Shown: positions 38,849 through 52,135 of the stretch, in pieces
How the letters are laid out: each line of letters opens with the position of its first letter
Numbering within the stretch: position 1 is the first letter of the stretch
Assembly: GCA_028534125.1 (NCBI GenBank)
Contig: CM052817.1
Span: forward strand, 34,846,001 to 34,910,000
Direction of reading: 5' to 3'
From: Lama glama
Lineage: Eukaryota
Length of the DNA stretch: 64,000 nt
Made by a program: the position numbers and the translations under genes
The notes under the pieces: model-generated
Seen by the model: only the letters and a program-made list of their open reading frames with translations
What the model was told of the DNA's origin: nothing
The model's database searches: none

Positions 38849-41800
38849 AACTATAGATGAACTCAGGAAGAATTGCAAAATTGTCTAACATGAACCAATA
38901 GGAACCAGGGGATTACATGTGACAGTGAATGTTTAGAGTGCTAAACCAGAGGAATCAGGTTATAAGGCTGGCTAGGGGAGAATTTATGACATGGGGCCAT
39001 TTACCTGTGATTCTGGATTTAGTATTTTGGCAAGGACACCTGGAGTCAGCCCTAACACAAAGCCTCACTGTGTCCTTAGAGCTTGGATACAATAATGGCC
39101 CATGCTAAATGAGATGTTAGAACAACTCTCAATGAGTATTGAGAAAGGAAACAGAAGATTCAGGAGAGCAGGACTGTTACAATGAATTTATTATGGGAGA
39201 CAAAAGAACCACCAGAATACGTTTCCCAGAAGTAAGGATGTCGGATGAACTTACTGTGAAGCTGAAGTACCTATCAGTTGGATCTGTTGCCCAGAAGTGT
39301 TGTGATGAGAGCTGCCTGATGCTCAGACCGTTTGCTCCCACCGATCTAATGGTGCTGGAGGGATCTATGATGGATAAGAGACTGGTGTGAAATTGTTGGA
39401 AAGTCCCCAGTAAGAGGGTTGTAGCACAGATCCTTAGTGTTCTGCAAGGCCATGCCTGAGGCAAAGAACTATTCTCCCCTGGGGACGCTAGAGCTACCTT
39501 CTCTTGAGCTGGATATTGCCAGATCCACTAAGTCACAAGTGCATGAGTATACCAGTAATTTACTGAAGTATGTAAATGGTACAGGACCGAGCCTGAGCAG
39601 GTGCAGAAGATACAAGTCAATTACACAAATGGGTGACTCAGTCTCCTATGGCATTTCTGTAGCGCTAACATCTCTTCCCCAACTCACTCCTACGGCCTCT
39701 TGGAGTTCCCTATGACTATCTCAGAACAAAAACTCTGAGTCTGGTTCACAGATGTATTGGCACATTCTGTTGGTATATAGGCAAAACTGGACCACTGTGG
39801 CACATCGCTGCACTCAGGGATAGCTTTAGAGAACAAAGGTGAAGGGAAATCTTGCCAGTTGGCAGAGCCTGGAGCAGCAGTCTTCATTGTTCGCTTTTTT
39901 TTTTAATAGAGAGAAGTGGCCTGAAGCACAAGTATTTACAGACTTCAGGGTTTGCCCTTCTTTCCTGAAGCAACTCTGCCAACATCCATTATCACCAGAA
40001 TTATAGCATTCCTGATCAGCATTACCTTAACCAAGGAATATATTTTATAGCCAAAAAAAAAAGTTGACACTATACAAATGATCATAGAATCCACTGATAG
40101 TGCCATATCCCTCATTGCTCAGAAGCAGCCAGACGTAAAAATGGCGGAATGGTTTGTTATAGGCTCAGCTAACGTGCCTGCCTGGGGCTGGGATGGGAGT
40201 GTTGTCCTACAGGATGTGGTAAATACTCAAAACCAACCAATAAAGAGTGCCCCTAACAGCTAAAGGCATGGCTCCAGAAAGCCAGGAATGGGAGCAGGAT
40301 TGGCCCATTTTATCAACACTCCCAGTGACTCATGCACAGAATTTGTGTTTCCTGCCTCTCAAATTTAGGCTTTGCTAGATTACAATAATTAGCTCCCCCG
40401 GGGTAGGGTGGAGGATGCTTCATTAAACTTGAAATTCCCTCTCATTTGATTACTTTAGGCTTCTCATGGCAGTAGACCAGCCAGCAAAGAGAGGAGTTAC
40501 TACTCTGGTGGGAGTAATCAATTGTGATTAGCAAAAGGATCTGGGATTGTTGCTACAAAATAGTAGCAACAATAGAGAGGAATAAATCTGGAATCCAAAG
40601 AATTCAACTGGGTCTACTTCTGTATCCAGGAATAAGGTGAACAGGCAATTACACAATCGTGACCCAACCAGAGCAAGGAAAATAAAAGCTGAAGTTTCAG
40701 GTTACCTCACTGAGGAAACAACCTAGTTTAGCTGATGTGCTGGCCAGGGGTGAAGGGAGGTTAGAATGGGTAGTAGAGGAGGGAGAGAGTTACTGAAAAC
40801 AGTTATGGTCTTGGCATCAGTGTAGCAGCAGGGATTTTCGCTTATTCCAATAACTCTCTTACATTAGTCATTGCAGAGTTTATGGGCGGCTATCACCTTG
40901 CAGGGGACTCTGTGAAGGACTAGACTTAACAAAGGGCCAAGTGGTACAAAGAGTGGACTGAAACGGACACCACCTGTCTGCCTTCTGTCACTAGTTCTAA
41001 TCCTTTCAGCCTCTTATTCCAACCACTGCTGCGACAACCTGTTCTGAACAGAGTTTGATGAACTTTGGGCAAAGACAATATGACTGCACCTCCCCTCTTA
41101 CTTCCTGCCTCAGGACTTCTCTGATGTGGGAGTCAGCTTGGCATTCACAACTGTGCATTTCCAAAGTGTAGAGTAGTTAATGGCCAGGGGCATTACCCTT
41201 TGATTAAAGGTGGATAGGAGCTGACAGATAAATGCTTCTTCCACTCTGGCTTTCAGTGGACAGTTCTGAGACTCATCTCATGAAGCTTCTCAGAAGGTCC
41301 TACGGGATCAAGAAAAAATTCTTACATGGTGATGACCAACTCAATTACACATCCTTATACTGCCTCTTCCTTACTTTACTTCCTCTCCCCTTCTCTCACT
41401 ATTGATCCCTGGGATCAAAGCCCCAAATAAAATACTGCACATAAGCCTTTGTTTTAGCCTCTACTTTGTGGGGAATCCAGGAAGGGAGGGGAGAGAGAAT
41501 TTAATTTTTAGACACACAAGTTTGAGATGCCTAATAGACATCCAAGTGGTAATGTTGGGGAGGCCATAGATACACAAATTTGGAGTTCAGGGAAGAAATC
41601 CGGGCCTCTGAAAAGCAACTCACTTCCCAACTTTGAAAAGGGCTATAAACATACAGGTTTGAAAAAAAAAAAAAGATAATAGGACAAAATAGCACAGGCA
41701 ATTGTGATATAAAGATTGTCCACAGTAAGTGTTCTGGGACTGAGCAGGAAGGACCTAAGAGGTCTTTGTAAAGAAAAGATTAGGTCAAATTCTGTTTTTA

Positions 41801-42849
41801 AAAGGGAAGTCAGTCAATGAAACTGAAAAGCATATCAAGTAGCATTGACTAGAGTATATTGATCTCAGAGGCAAACAGGTCCCTACTATTTCTGCTGCTT
41901 TTTCCACCAAATTATTTCTTCAGATATAAAACTGAAAGATACTTTGCACAGCTCATTTTCCCCTTTCTCAGTGAATCCATCTTGACAGAGTGAATTATTC
42001 CCATAGTACGTCATCTCTTTCTTTTACTTTTGTTGTTTCGTTTACCACACTAGACTGTCATTCATCCTTCTATTTAATTCTGTCTCCCCAGTGACAGTGT
42101 GCCCCCTTCTTATGAGATCCCTGTCTTTGTATCTCCAGCACCTAACACGGTGCCGGCACTAAGGTGGTACTGTTTCTCAAATGCTTGCATGAAGTGGTCC
42201 CTGCAGAACCCTTGCAAAGGACTGTGTTGAGCCACAGCAAAGAAATTGCTCCTTTGAATTACCAGCACATTTATCGGACCTGTACCTCTCTTTGGTCACA
42301 TATTTTGCCTTATTTTATATGCATTTGCATGTACATCTTGTTTCGCCCTTCCATATCATGAACTTCTTCAGGCCTGAATCACCTCTGCATCTCCATCAAA
42401 GTGTCTGGCATAAAACAGGTGCCAAGAATATGTACTCAATAAATCAACTGCCTTGCAACCAGCAACACTGGCATCATCTGTACTTCTCAAACTTAAAAGT
42501 ACATAGGCGTCACCTTGTTAAGAGGTAGATTCCCAGCTGAAAAGGCTGCATTTTCCAAAGAGCCCCCAGATTATGCCCAAGCAGCTGGTCTGCAGGCCAC
42601 ATTTTAAAACATCAACGTCACTACATCAGTGGTTCACGACCGTAGCTGCATATTAGAATCTTTCCCGGAAGATATTAAAAGTGTCTGGGACACCCTCCCC
42701 TTAACGCCGAGATTCTGATTTACCTCATTTAAACTCTCCATGCTATAAGTAGGAAGGATCTAGAGTTAACCGAGCTTTACGTGTGCAAACAGAAAACATT
42801 TAACAGGATCTCTCCTTAAATGAGTTGCTGAAAATAGCTGAATAAATAA

Positions 42850-43450
42850 CTCTCGTAAAGAAAGATGCAGCACCGAGCTCCCAGGTCGGAGGCAGTCTAG
42901 GTACGATGAGGCCCCGCCCCTGCCTGTCCTTGACACACCCCTCGGGTGAGACCTGCCCCGCCCCCCCAACCTCGTCCAGGCCAGCGGCGTCTCCTTCCTT
43001 CTCTACGCGGCGGACTTCCGGCGCGGAGGCTTGTCACGTGGCCGGATATGGGAAGTGGCGGCGGAACCGCGGCTTCCCGATTGCTGCTCAATTGTGGGGC
43101 GCATCCTAGTAGCGGTGGCCGCCCTAGCCCTTTGCTGTCTCGGTCTAGGAGGACCCGGCTCGGCACGGCAGGGCTCAGTCCGGCCTCGCGGTAAGCCTTC
43201 AGCCGCGGCTGCCCCGTAGTCCTGGCGGCGGCGGACAGACGAGCGGACAGGTGGACGCCGAGGTCTGAGGCGGCTCCCCGGTCCCGCTGCTGGCTCAGTG
43301 GCCGGGGTCGGTACCGCTCGCTGCCTCTGCCGTCCCGCCTCCTTCTCTTCCCTGCCTGTCTGGGTAAGAAGCAGAGTCCGGGCGGAGCACCCCCCAACCC
43401 CTTGCTGTCCTGGGGGCTGGGAGGGCAAGCCTTTCACATCCCTTTCCGGT
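42850..43450 (+). promoter_or_regulatory. EXOC1: EXOC1 CpG-island promoter and non-coding first exon(s)
   Basis: GC boxes (42910-42920, ~42955-42966), ETS ACTTCCGG (43014-43021), E-box GTCACGTGGC (43033-43042). Donors GCG|GTAAGC (GT 43191) and TGG|GTAAGA (GT 43364). Confidence 0.88.
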
Positions 43451-46156
43451 CCCGCCCATAGGAACCAGATTTCAGTGTAAAAACCGGCCTAGATCAGTTA
43501 ACTCTGGCATAGACCAGGAGAAGGGGCGTGGCAGTGCCTTCCCCTTCTTTGTTCAAATTCACATTTTATTGTAAATCTCTTAAGTGAATTTCCCTGTCTC
43601 CTTGCACCGTGTTCTCTTCTGGAGGACAGTGCTCCGCGTGCTAAGATGTCTCTATAGCACACGAAGTCCAGCCAACACTCACTGACACGGCACTCCCACA
43701 GACAAGTTATTTATCACACACTGTAATGATACAGCTAAATTTAAGGAAATAAGAACCAACATCGAGTATTGTGGCTGACTGCCTCTGGAATGTGGTCGGA
43801 CTTGGGCGCTTAAACCTGGAAAACAGTTTTGGAGGATCTCTAATGATTTATTCACTGGCTTACCAAAAAGTACTGTAAAGAGTGGAGAGTTAATCACTGC
43901 ACCCTTAGAATGCAGGTACCACTGGAGCGTGGATCATCCTGTCTTTGTGAACATGCCTGTCGTATTCACCACTGTAACCTAGAACTGTGCCTGGTACTTA
44001 GTAGGCATCAATATTTGCTGAACGAATGGAGGGTCACATAGTGCATTTCATTATGCCAAACTCCTTTATGAGCTATGCCCAGTCCTCTCTCTTGTTTTAC
44101 CACTTACCATACAGTCAGTCCTTGCATTGGACCAAAGAGGGACTGTGGTAAATGCTGGCTACTATTTAGTCATTCATTTAACTTATGCCCTCAAGAGGTT
44201 TGGGGAGTACCTGCTAAGAAAAAACACAGAACTGCTAGGACAACCGCCTCCACACCACCACCCCACCACCCTGCAGCAGCCCCCTCTTTCAAGAGAGTTC
44301 TTGAGATCCAGGAACCTGTAGTTTCATGAACCAATTAGACAGCAGGTGCTTGATTGTTTAGTAAATGCAATAACTGCCATAGAAATTAGGAGGGATCAAT
44401 TTGGATTAAGATCTTTATTGAATCAACTTCATATAAACCATGGAGTGTAATTAGGGTTTGGATAGGTAATATTCCCTGCATAGAAAAGCACCTAAGCAAA
44501 GGTTCAAAGACCAAAATGAACAGAGGGCTTGGGGAGTGGAGGGTTTGTATTTGGGAACATTAGGAAAATGTTGAGTAAGAGCATATTGTGATGAAAGCTA
44601 TGTTTTAAAATTATTGTTCAGAGTTTTAGGATTGTGGAAGCTTGCAAAGAGATAACTACATACCGTCATGTTAAATAGATACAGTTGATGTGAACCTGGT
44701 TAGTGTGTTGGCAGTGGGAACAGAAACTTGAGGGGAAATTAATAGAATGCTTTAGTTCTCATGTCTTTTGATGCTGTCATTTTGGTTAATTTATTAAATG
44801 CCTACTATGTTTTTGCCAAGTTCTAGAAATACAAAGATGAATGAGATATGGTTCTTGCCTGCAAGGAGATACTTTGAATGGGAGAGAGACTACAACTAGC
44901 TGAACAATATGATTTGTAAGTGCTGTATTAGCAGAGTACAGAGGAAATTTTAGAGAAGTAGAAAAGAAATTATCTTTTTTAAGTATGTGACTACTTCACA
45001 GCAGAGGTGACATTTTAGCAGGATCTTGAGGATGAGTTGGAATTTCCCAAGGAGAAAAGAATTTCAGGAAGAGGAAATTGCATAAATAAAAGCCTAGAGA
45101 CAAAAGCAAATTGGCCAGTATCCAGTGTGCCTTGGGCATAGGATAGATTCAAGCTTTTTGCACAAGTGTGTAGGCCCTAGAACTTATTAAGAGATGGTAA
45201 CATGAACATTTTACAACCGGTGAAATGGAAATTAAGATGGTAACAATGTAGAGATGAGGGAGAAAGCAGGTGGAAACACTTGTACTTCATGCTTCTGTAT
45301 TCTCTGCAGGGTAGAGGGTGAAGTTGTTTGTGGAGGAGGCTGACAGTAGAGCTGAGGGCTGAAGGAGAGAAATGAGGATTTGCAACACCGATGGGGAGTA
45401 GAGAAGGAATCATCAAAGGAAACATTAAAGAATTGCTGAGCAACATTGAAAGCTTAACTTTGATTGGATTTAAATATTTGTAATGAAGACAATGAAAATG
45501 GATGTGAGGCCTTCTTATGTGGCATATGGTAGCCCAAGAGAAGTGGAGGAAAGTACAGTTTATGGAGACCGATGAATAGGCTGAACTGGTCTACAGAGTA
45601 ATACCCTTGAAGGGGCTAGTGTGGGTGTAGGGAAATGAACACTACTTCCAGGCTAAGGTGGAAAAGAAATTAAGCTTGGAGAGGCCAAATGGACTGAGAA
45701 CAAGAAGGAGGGGGAGGTCAGAGGACCAGAGGCTGAGATGAAATGAAAGAGGGATGGAAGTGGGAAGATGGGATTTTTGTGAGGAAAGCAGTTTTTTTGA
45801 ATTGCAGCAGAGATAAAAGTTTTAATGATTGAGTAAAATATAGGAGATGCCTAGTTTACAAAAATGTCATAGTGTTATAAAAATTCATTCAGTCATTTAT
45901 TTAAAACTCATAATTTCTTCATTTTCCATACGACAGTGTTAGAAGTAAATTTCTTCAGCAACCTCACATGTATGAAATACTATTCACTTGCATTGGAAAA
46001 AAATATATATAAACACACACACACACAAATATCTATACAGTATATTCAAAAAATAAAATTGAAAAGAGATTTTTTTGGAAATATTTAACTTAAGTTGATA
46101 TTTGGAAAAAAACATTGAATTAGGTGAGAAAAAGGAGACAAGTGGAAACCCATTTT

Positions 46157-47045
46157 CTTATAACAGCTTTATTGCAATGTAAGTAATATACCAGAAAATT
46201 CACCCTTTTCAAGTATATAAGTCAGTGGGTTTTTTAAGAATATTCACAAATTTATACAGTCATCACTGCTGTCTAATGCAAGGACATTTTCATCACCCCA
46301 AAAAAGAAAACCCATTCCTGTTAGCAGTCACTCCCCAGTCTTCCTTCCCCCAGCCCCTGGCAACCACAAATGATTTTGTCTGTATGGATTTGTCTACTGT
46401 GGACATTTCATATAAATGAAGTCATAAAGCATGTGGTCCTTTGTAACTGGCTTCTTTCAGTTAGTGTAATGTTTTCAGGATTCATCAGTGTTGTAGTGTG
46501 TATCAATCCTTTGTTCCTTTTTATGGCCAAATAATATTCCACTGTATAGATATGTTTCATTTTGCTGTTCCTTAGGACATTTGAGTTGTTTCAACTTTTT
46601 GGCTATTATGAATCATGCTATTGTGAATATTTATGTACACATTTTTGTGTGGACATATGTTTTCATTTCTCTTGAATATATACCTAGGAGTGGAATTTCT
46701 CGATCATATGATGATTCCATGTTTAAGTTTTTGAGAAACCATCAAACTTTTCCAAAGTGGCTGCATCATTTAACAGTCACCAGCAAAATACGAGTGTTCC
46801 TTTCTCTCTGCACCTTTACCAGCACTTGCCTTTTTAATTTTAGCCATCCTAGTAGGTGTAAAGTGGTAGGTATCTTGTGTTTTTGATTTGCATTTCCCTA
46901 GTGGCAAATGATTTTGGGCATCTTGCCATGTGCTTATTGGCCATTTATATGTCTTCCATGGAGAAATGTCTATTCAGATCCTTTGCTCAGTTTTTAATTG
47001 GGTTTTTTATCTTTTTATTGTTAACTAGTGAGAGTTCTTATATAG
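46157..47045 (-). mobile_element. Old L1 (L1MB-like) 3' end in EXOC1 intron 1
   Basis: 'acagctttattg...aaaattcacccttt', 'atacctaggagtggaatt', 'ggagaaatgtctattcagatcctttgc'. Confidence 0.9.
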
Positions 47046-47354
47046 GAAATTCATATTTAAAGATTGAGCATGGGTTTTTTAATTTTTTTCTTAAATCTTT
47101 TTTTTGACATTATAATATTTGGTGAGCACTTCCAAATATTTTAGAGTTTAATAACACTGGTTCTCTTATTTCTCTTCCAAACATACAGCTTTTTATTTTT
47201 GCGATGTATCTGTATTAATGTATTACATCATTCATCCTATGCTCATTAGCCATAAGTAATTTCATTTTTTAATCTTAAATGGAATACTGTAAGATAGAAC
47301 GATTTTAAGAATGAGTTTGATATCTATACTCTGAATTTTTTCAGCTGAGTAAAG

Positions 47355-47478
47355 ATGACAGCAATCAAGCATGCATTACAAAGAGACATTTTTACTCCAA
47401 ATGACGAACGCCTGCTGAGTATTGTCAATGTCTGCAAAGCAGGGAAAAAGAAAAAGAACTGTTTTTTGTGTGCCACAG
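47355..47478 (+). CDS. EXOC1: Exocyst complex component 1 (Sec3), first coding exon
   Basis: Exon starts at 47345 (tttcAG|CTG), ATG at 47355, [21 protein letters not shown]...FLCAT. Donor CAG|GTGAGT; 124 coding nt. Confidence 0.97.
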
Positions 47479-48194
47479 GTGAGTATTTAGTAAAGAAAAG
47501 TTCTTGTTCGGCCTTTTTGTGTTCTTTTATTCCCCAGGGGACATTTTCTTGTTACTTAAAATATTCTCATTGTCTCTATCATTGGAAAAACTGTTGGGCC
47601 AACAAATTCATCTTTTTCAATTATCTTTAATTAAATCTTGAGTAGATACAAAAGCATTTCTATAATATATGTATAAGGTGTGGACACTTGTGTACCCATC
47701 ACCCAGGATAAGAATACTACCATGACTTCTGAAGTCTCCTGTATGCCCCGCCCTGATCCCATTCCCCTCCCTCTCTCATTAAGAGGTAATTAGTATCCAA
47801 AACTTTAGTATTTCCTTGCTTTTCTTTATCATTTTATCACATTTATTTGTAACCTTGAATAATACATTGTTAGATTTGGACGTCTTTGAACTTTATGTAA
47901 ATTGAATTGTAGCGCATGTATTCATTTGTGACTTTGGCCCAAATTTTTTTCTTATTGTTGAGTTTTAAGAGTTTTACTTTTCAAGGAATCTGCCTCTGAC
48001 ACTCTATAGTCTGATTTACATTCTTCCATTGTATTCTGTGTATTCCTCAATCATAGCGTTTGTTTTGAAATAATATTCCAGTTTTAGTATCACGTACAGG
48101 CACCTGACAGCTATATTTGCAATGGGTGAATGAATAAATGAAGAATGAGTAAATGAATAATGTTTCTAATGAAAATGTGTGTTTTATTCAACAG

Positions 48195-48325
48195 TGACGA
48201 CTGAACGCCCTGTGCAGGTGAAGGTGGTCAAAGTCAAGAAATCTGATAAAGGAGATTTCTACAAAAGGCAGATTGCCTGGACCCTTCGAGACCTTGCTGT
48301 GGTAGATGCCAAGGATGCCATTAAA
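48195..48325 (+). CDS. EXOC1: EXOC1 coding exon 2 ([10 protein letters not shown]...DAKDAIK)
   Basis: acAG|TG ... AAA|GTATGT; 131 nt. Confidence 0.97.
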
Positions 48326-51233
48326 GTATGTTTTTCTGAGTTCTTTGACCTCTGTTCAGGAAGCATCTTTCATTTTATAACATAGTATGATGTCTTTTAA
48401 GGTGATCTAAACTTGTTCTTAACCCAGTGGGTCTCCACCTAACCAATAATTATCTAAAGTGTATTGTCCAACCTTCCATTCTCCATTCCTCCCTCTCAGG
48501 CTACTAAAAATAAGTACGTAGCTAAGCTTGTTTCATTGTCTGTGCTTTGTTTTGAACTACGATTATGTTTGTTCACAAGCTACACAAACTAGAGTGAAAT
48601 AACCTTGACCCTGTACATTTCTGTATTTAGGTTAGGTATCCTTAGTATTAATCCATACACGAGTATGGATTTTAAAGTGGTGTGTTGTATGAGTAGTTTT
48701 TTCAAAAATCATTGTTTTGGTAAAACCTGGTTCAAAATCACATAACTATAACCAGAGTGAACCTTCCTTGGGTAGGACTCACAAATCATTGTAGAGTCAC
48801 CAGCTGAGGCAGCCACACTGGCCCTTTGAAGCCACGGTTTGAATCTTGTGGCTCAAGTACTAGGAATGATAGTGAGTTACACACCTTATTTTCAGGAATT
48901 TAAAGAATGAGACGTAAGAATATAATCTTCCACCTTTCACCTAAGTCACACTCGAACTCCAAGAAAGTTGCATCATGTGATGATTGTGATAAAGGACCAC
49001 CTTTATTCCTGACAGTTCAAGGCTTTTCACAGCAATACCTTTTTTTAAAAGAAATCAAGTACAGTTCCTGGGGTTAAATTGGGTGCTTCTCCTCTTCAGC
49101 CTCTCTGACGCTGCCCCTGATCTTCCCCTGCAGCCCAGAGGCACCCCCAGAGCTCTAGGGAGTGCTTTGTGCCACATCCGCTTATCCTGTTGATGGGGCT
49201 GATAGCAAGGCTTATGGTGCTGTCACTACAGGTGCCCTTTGATTTAACTCTACATGTCTTATACATTTATTAAAAAGGCACAGAGAAGTGAAACTGCCTT
49301 TGTAGAGCAGTCTGATAAAAGTCTGATTTTATCCTTACCCCGGTACAAATCTCTGAGGAACTAAAAGCTGGACAAAATGACAGGCAGTTTTGTCAAATGC
49401 AAAAAAATTTTTTAATGAAGCAAAAACAACTTTAGGAGACTCCTGCACATCTGTAGAGTTCAGATTTCTTCCAAGTATAGAGAATTCCAAGTGTAGATCC
49501 TTTTCTTTAAGTATTTTAGGCAAACTGGGTCTTGACTTTATCCCTAAAGAGCACCCTATTTTTACAAAAATGTGAGATGTGGAAAACAGGGTCCAACAGG
49601 TGCTTCAAGTGTGGGTGTATATGCATTTGGAAAGAACATTAAAATGAGATTTTTTTTAAAAACCACTTTAACAAGTTGTTTAATAAATAATTTCTGTTGT
49701 CATGGGAAAGATCAAGAGTAGAGATTTTCTATTTAAGAGAAAATACTTTCAGGGCTTTTTAGAAACTCGCCTTTCTTAAAAAGCCTTTTTCTCTTCAATA
49801 GTTTCACACTTGTAACCCATTGACTTGTGTAATTCACTCACATTGCTAAACGCTCATTTGAATGCTTTCTTCACAGCTGATGCCTCATTGCTGACTTGCT
49901 TAATGGATTTTTTTTTTCATTTTATGCAGGCACCTTGGTGTGGGTACGCTATAAATGGATATAAAACATAAAATTTTTATACGTAGCCTAACTAACAGCC
50001 ATTTAGCATCACACATTGATTTGTGTGAGTGTTGCCACTGGAGCACTCAGCCTCTTTTATGGCATTTTGGGAAATATTCCCAGGGAAGAGATCATTTCCC
50101 ATCAAGTTTCGTATTAGTTGCCAAGACTCTTTGATTTCCTTATAAGCACTAATGCAATTAGCTTTTCATTGTAAATGCAGGTTTTTAATCTTTTGACACT
50201 TCAGTTCTGCTTATTGAGCTATAAATTAGTTAGTACATCCATGCTACTGTAATATGATTGTACCTTGGGTCAAGTCTCCATCCCTAAATTATCCCGGTCT
50301 TCACAGTGGAAGTCTGATGTAACTTCCCTTGTGTCTGTGGTCTTTATTTGCATTTTATTTCCCCTAAATAACACCTTAAATTAATTGAATATGTTATTAG
50401 CCTTATGTAGAACATTAAGAACCGTTTATTTAATTCCTTGGATATGAAGAAAAGTATGTGTCTATATGTCTTCATTTTTTATATAGCAGTCAAGTAGTTC
50501 TGCATTGAAGGGGGAATATCAGGGCTTGAGATTACCTCTGTAATGTGGCTTAAGAGACATGTAGATACATAATGCAGTTCTCTCACGTCAGCTGAACTAA
50601 TTTTTCATTTGAAAGGACCTTCAGGCCACTAGGATTTTTGACTTTTAAGACACCTTTAATCATTCTGTATTTTCAGACTTGAAAACAGGAGCAGTCCCTA
50701 CTTTCCACCTCATTTGTTCTAGGAAACCACATGAGAATATAGACTATTTTTTTCTCATGTGTTACAATGAAGATATATATTTTATCAAGAAATTAATATC
50801 AAATCACAGTTATGAATAATAGCACATTGTTAAAGAAAAAGTGTAACTCTAAAACCCTGTAGGCAACTTAGAAAGAAAAATTAGATCCAAATCAAAACTG
50901 GAGACCACTGTCGTCTTATAAACTAGGAATCTGAGACACAGCCATTAAATAGACATCTTGTACCTTCACTCATACACCTAAGGGACATAGAAAAAAAATT
51001 ACCAGAACACTGTGTTGTTTTTTATCCAGCTTTTGGGGGGAGATAAACAAAGTTTTTGCTATAAATTTAATTCTCTGAATCATTTTCCGCAAGTCACTTA
51101 GCTGATTTTTAATGGTGATTTTTCTTTTTCAAGAACAGCTTTAACTTCTTTTTGTTTTATTGAAATGTCAACTTTACAATAATAAAAAGGGGGTGTGATC
51201 AAAAACAATATCTTTTATATATTTTTATTTCAG

Positions 51234-51393
51234 GAAAACCCTGAATTTGATTTACATTTTGAAAAAATATATAAATGGGTTGCCAGCAGCACTGCTGAAA
51301 AGAATGCATTTATTTCATGCATTTGGAAATTGAATCAACGATATCTCCGGAAGAAAATTGATTTTGTCAATGTTAGCTCACAACTTTTGGAAG
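51234..51393 (+). CDS. EXOC1: EXOC1 coding exon 3 (ENPEFDLHF...SSQLLE)
   Basis: tttcAG|GAA ... AAG|GTAAAG; 160 nt. Confidence 0.97.
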
Positions 51394-51889
51394 GTAAAGT
51401 TAAATTAAAATGTACATGTAAAGTCAAGTGTATGTATAAGTGAATATATAATTTGGCATTGTTTAAAGTAATTAAAGCTCTGAATTATCTTTTTTGTAAA
51501 GGAATTATAAAATAATTTTTCTTATCACTTAATTAATACTTGTTTATTATAGACAATTGATGCATAAATTAAGTGAAAATCGCTTATAAACTTAATCCTC
51601 CGAGGTAACTACTGTTAACATTTTGTTAGATATTATTTAGTCTTTTTTCTATGCATATTGAAGTACTTTTTTTAAATAAAGAAATTTACATTGTATCCTA
51701 ACATAGTTTTTCATATAATGTATCATGAACATTTTCCATGTTATTAAATACTTACCCCAACATTACTTTTAATGGCACCATAGTATTCCATTGTACTGGA
51801 TATGCTATAATCATTTGTTTTTAATTTTCCAATCTTTGCTTATTTTAAACAATTCTGAGATGAATATCCTTGTAAGTGTATTTTTGTGT

Positions 51890-52135
51890 AGAGTGTAGGT
51901 GTAGTGGTTAAGAACACAACTCTGGAGTCAGACAGCCTGGGTTTAAATCCTGGCTTTGTCACTTACTAGCTATATGACCTTGGCTTACTCTGTGTTTCAG
52001 TTTCTCTTATCTCAGAAATAGAGATCATAATAATGTCAACTCCATAGGATTGTTGTGAGCATTAAATTACTTAATAAATGAATATGATGAGAACAAAGCC
52101 ATATATAGTAAGTACTCAGATATTAGCTGTTATTA
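51890..52135. mobile_element. MIR SINE
   Basis: 'gtagtggttaagaacacaactctggagtcagacagcctgggtttaaatcctggct...tcagtttc...ggattgttgtgagcattaaat'. Confidence 0.85.

Larger units (their letters stand above)
37255..41480 (+). mobile_element. Degenerate ERV-L provirus with two LTR16-like LTRs (about 37255-37730 and 40959-41480)
   Basis: The direct-repeat LTRs share 'gataggagc..gataaatgctt', 'ttctgagac.cat.tcat..agcttctcagaaggt' and 'caaataaa.ta..gcacataag'. RNase H remnants WFTD (39742) and GEGKSCQLAE (39838), dUTPase-like GVTTLVGVINCD (40493), and PPT 'aaagagtggac' before TG at 40959. Confidence 0.8.

Noticed and set aside
42766..43480. Cluster of ORFs on both strands
   Set aside because: GC-rich EXOC1 promoter and 5' UTR, with no coding signature.
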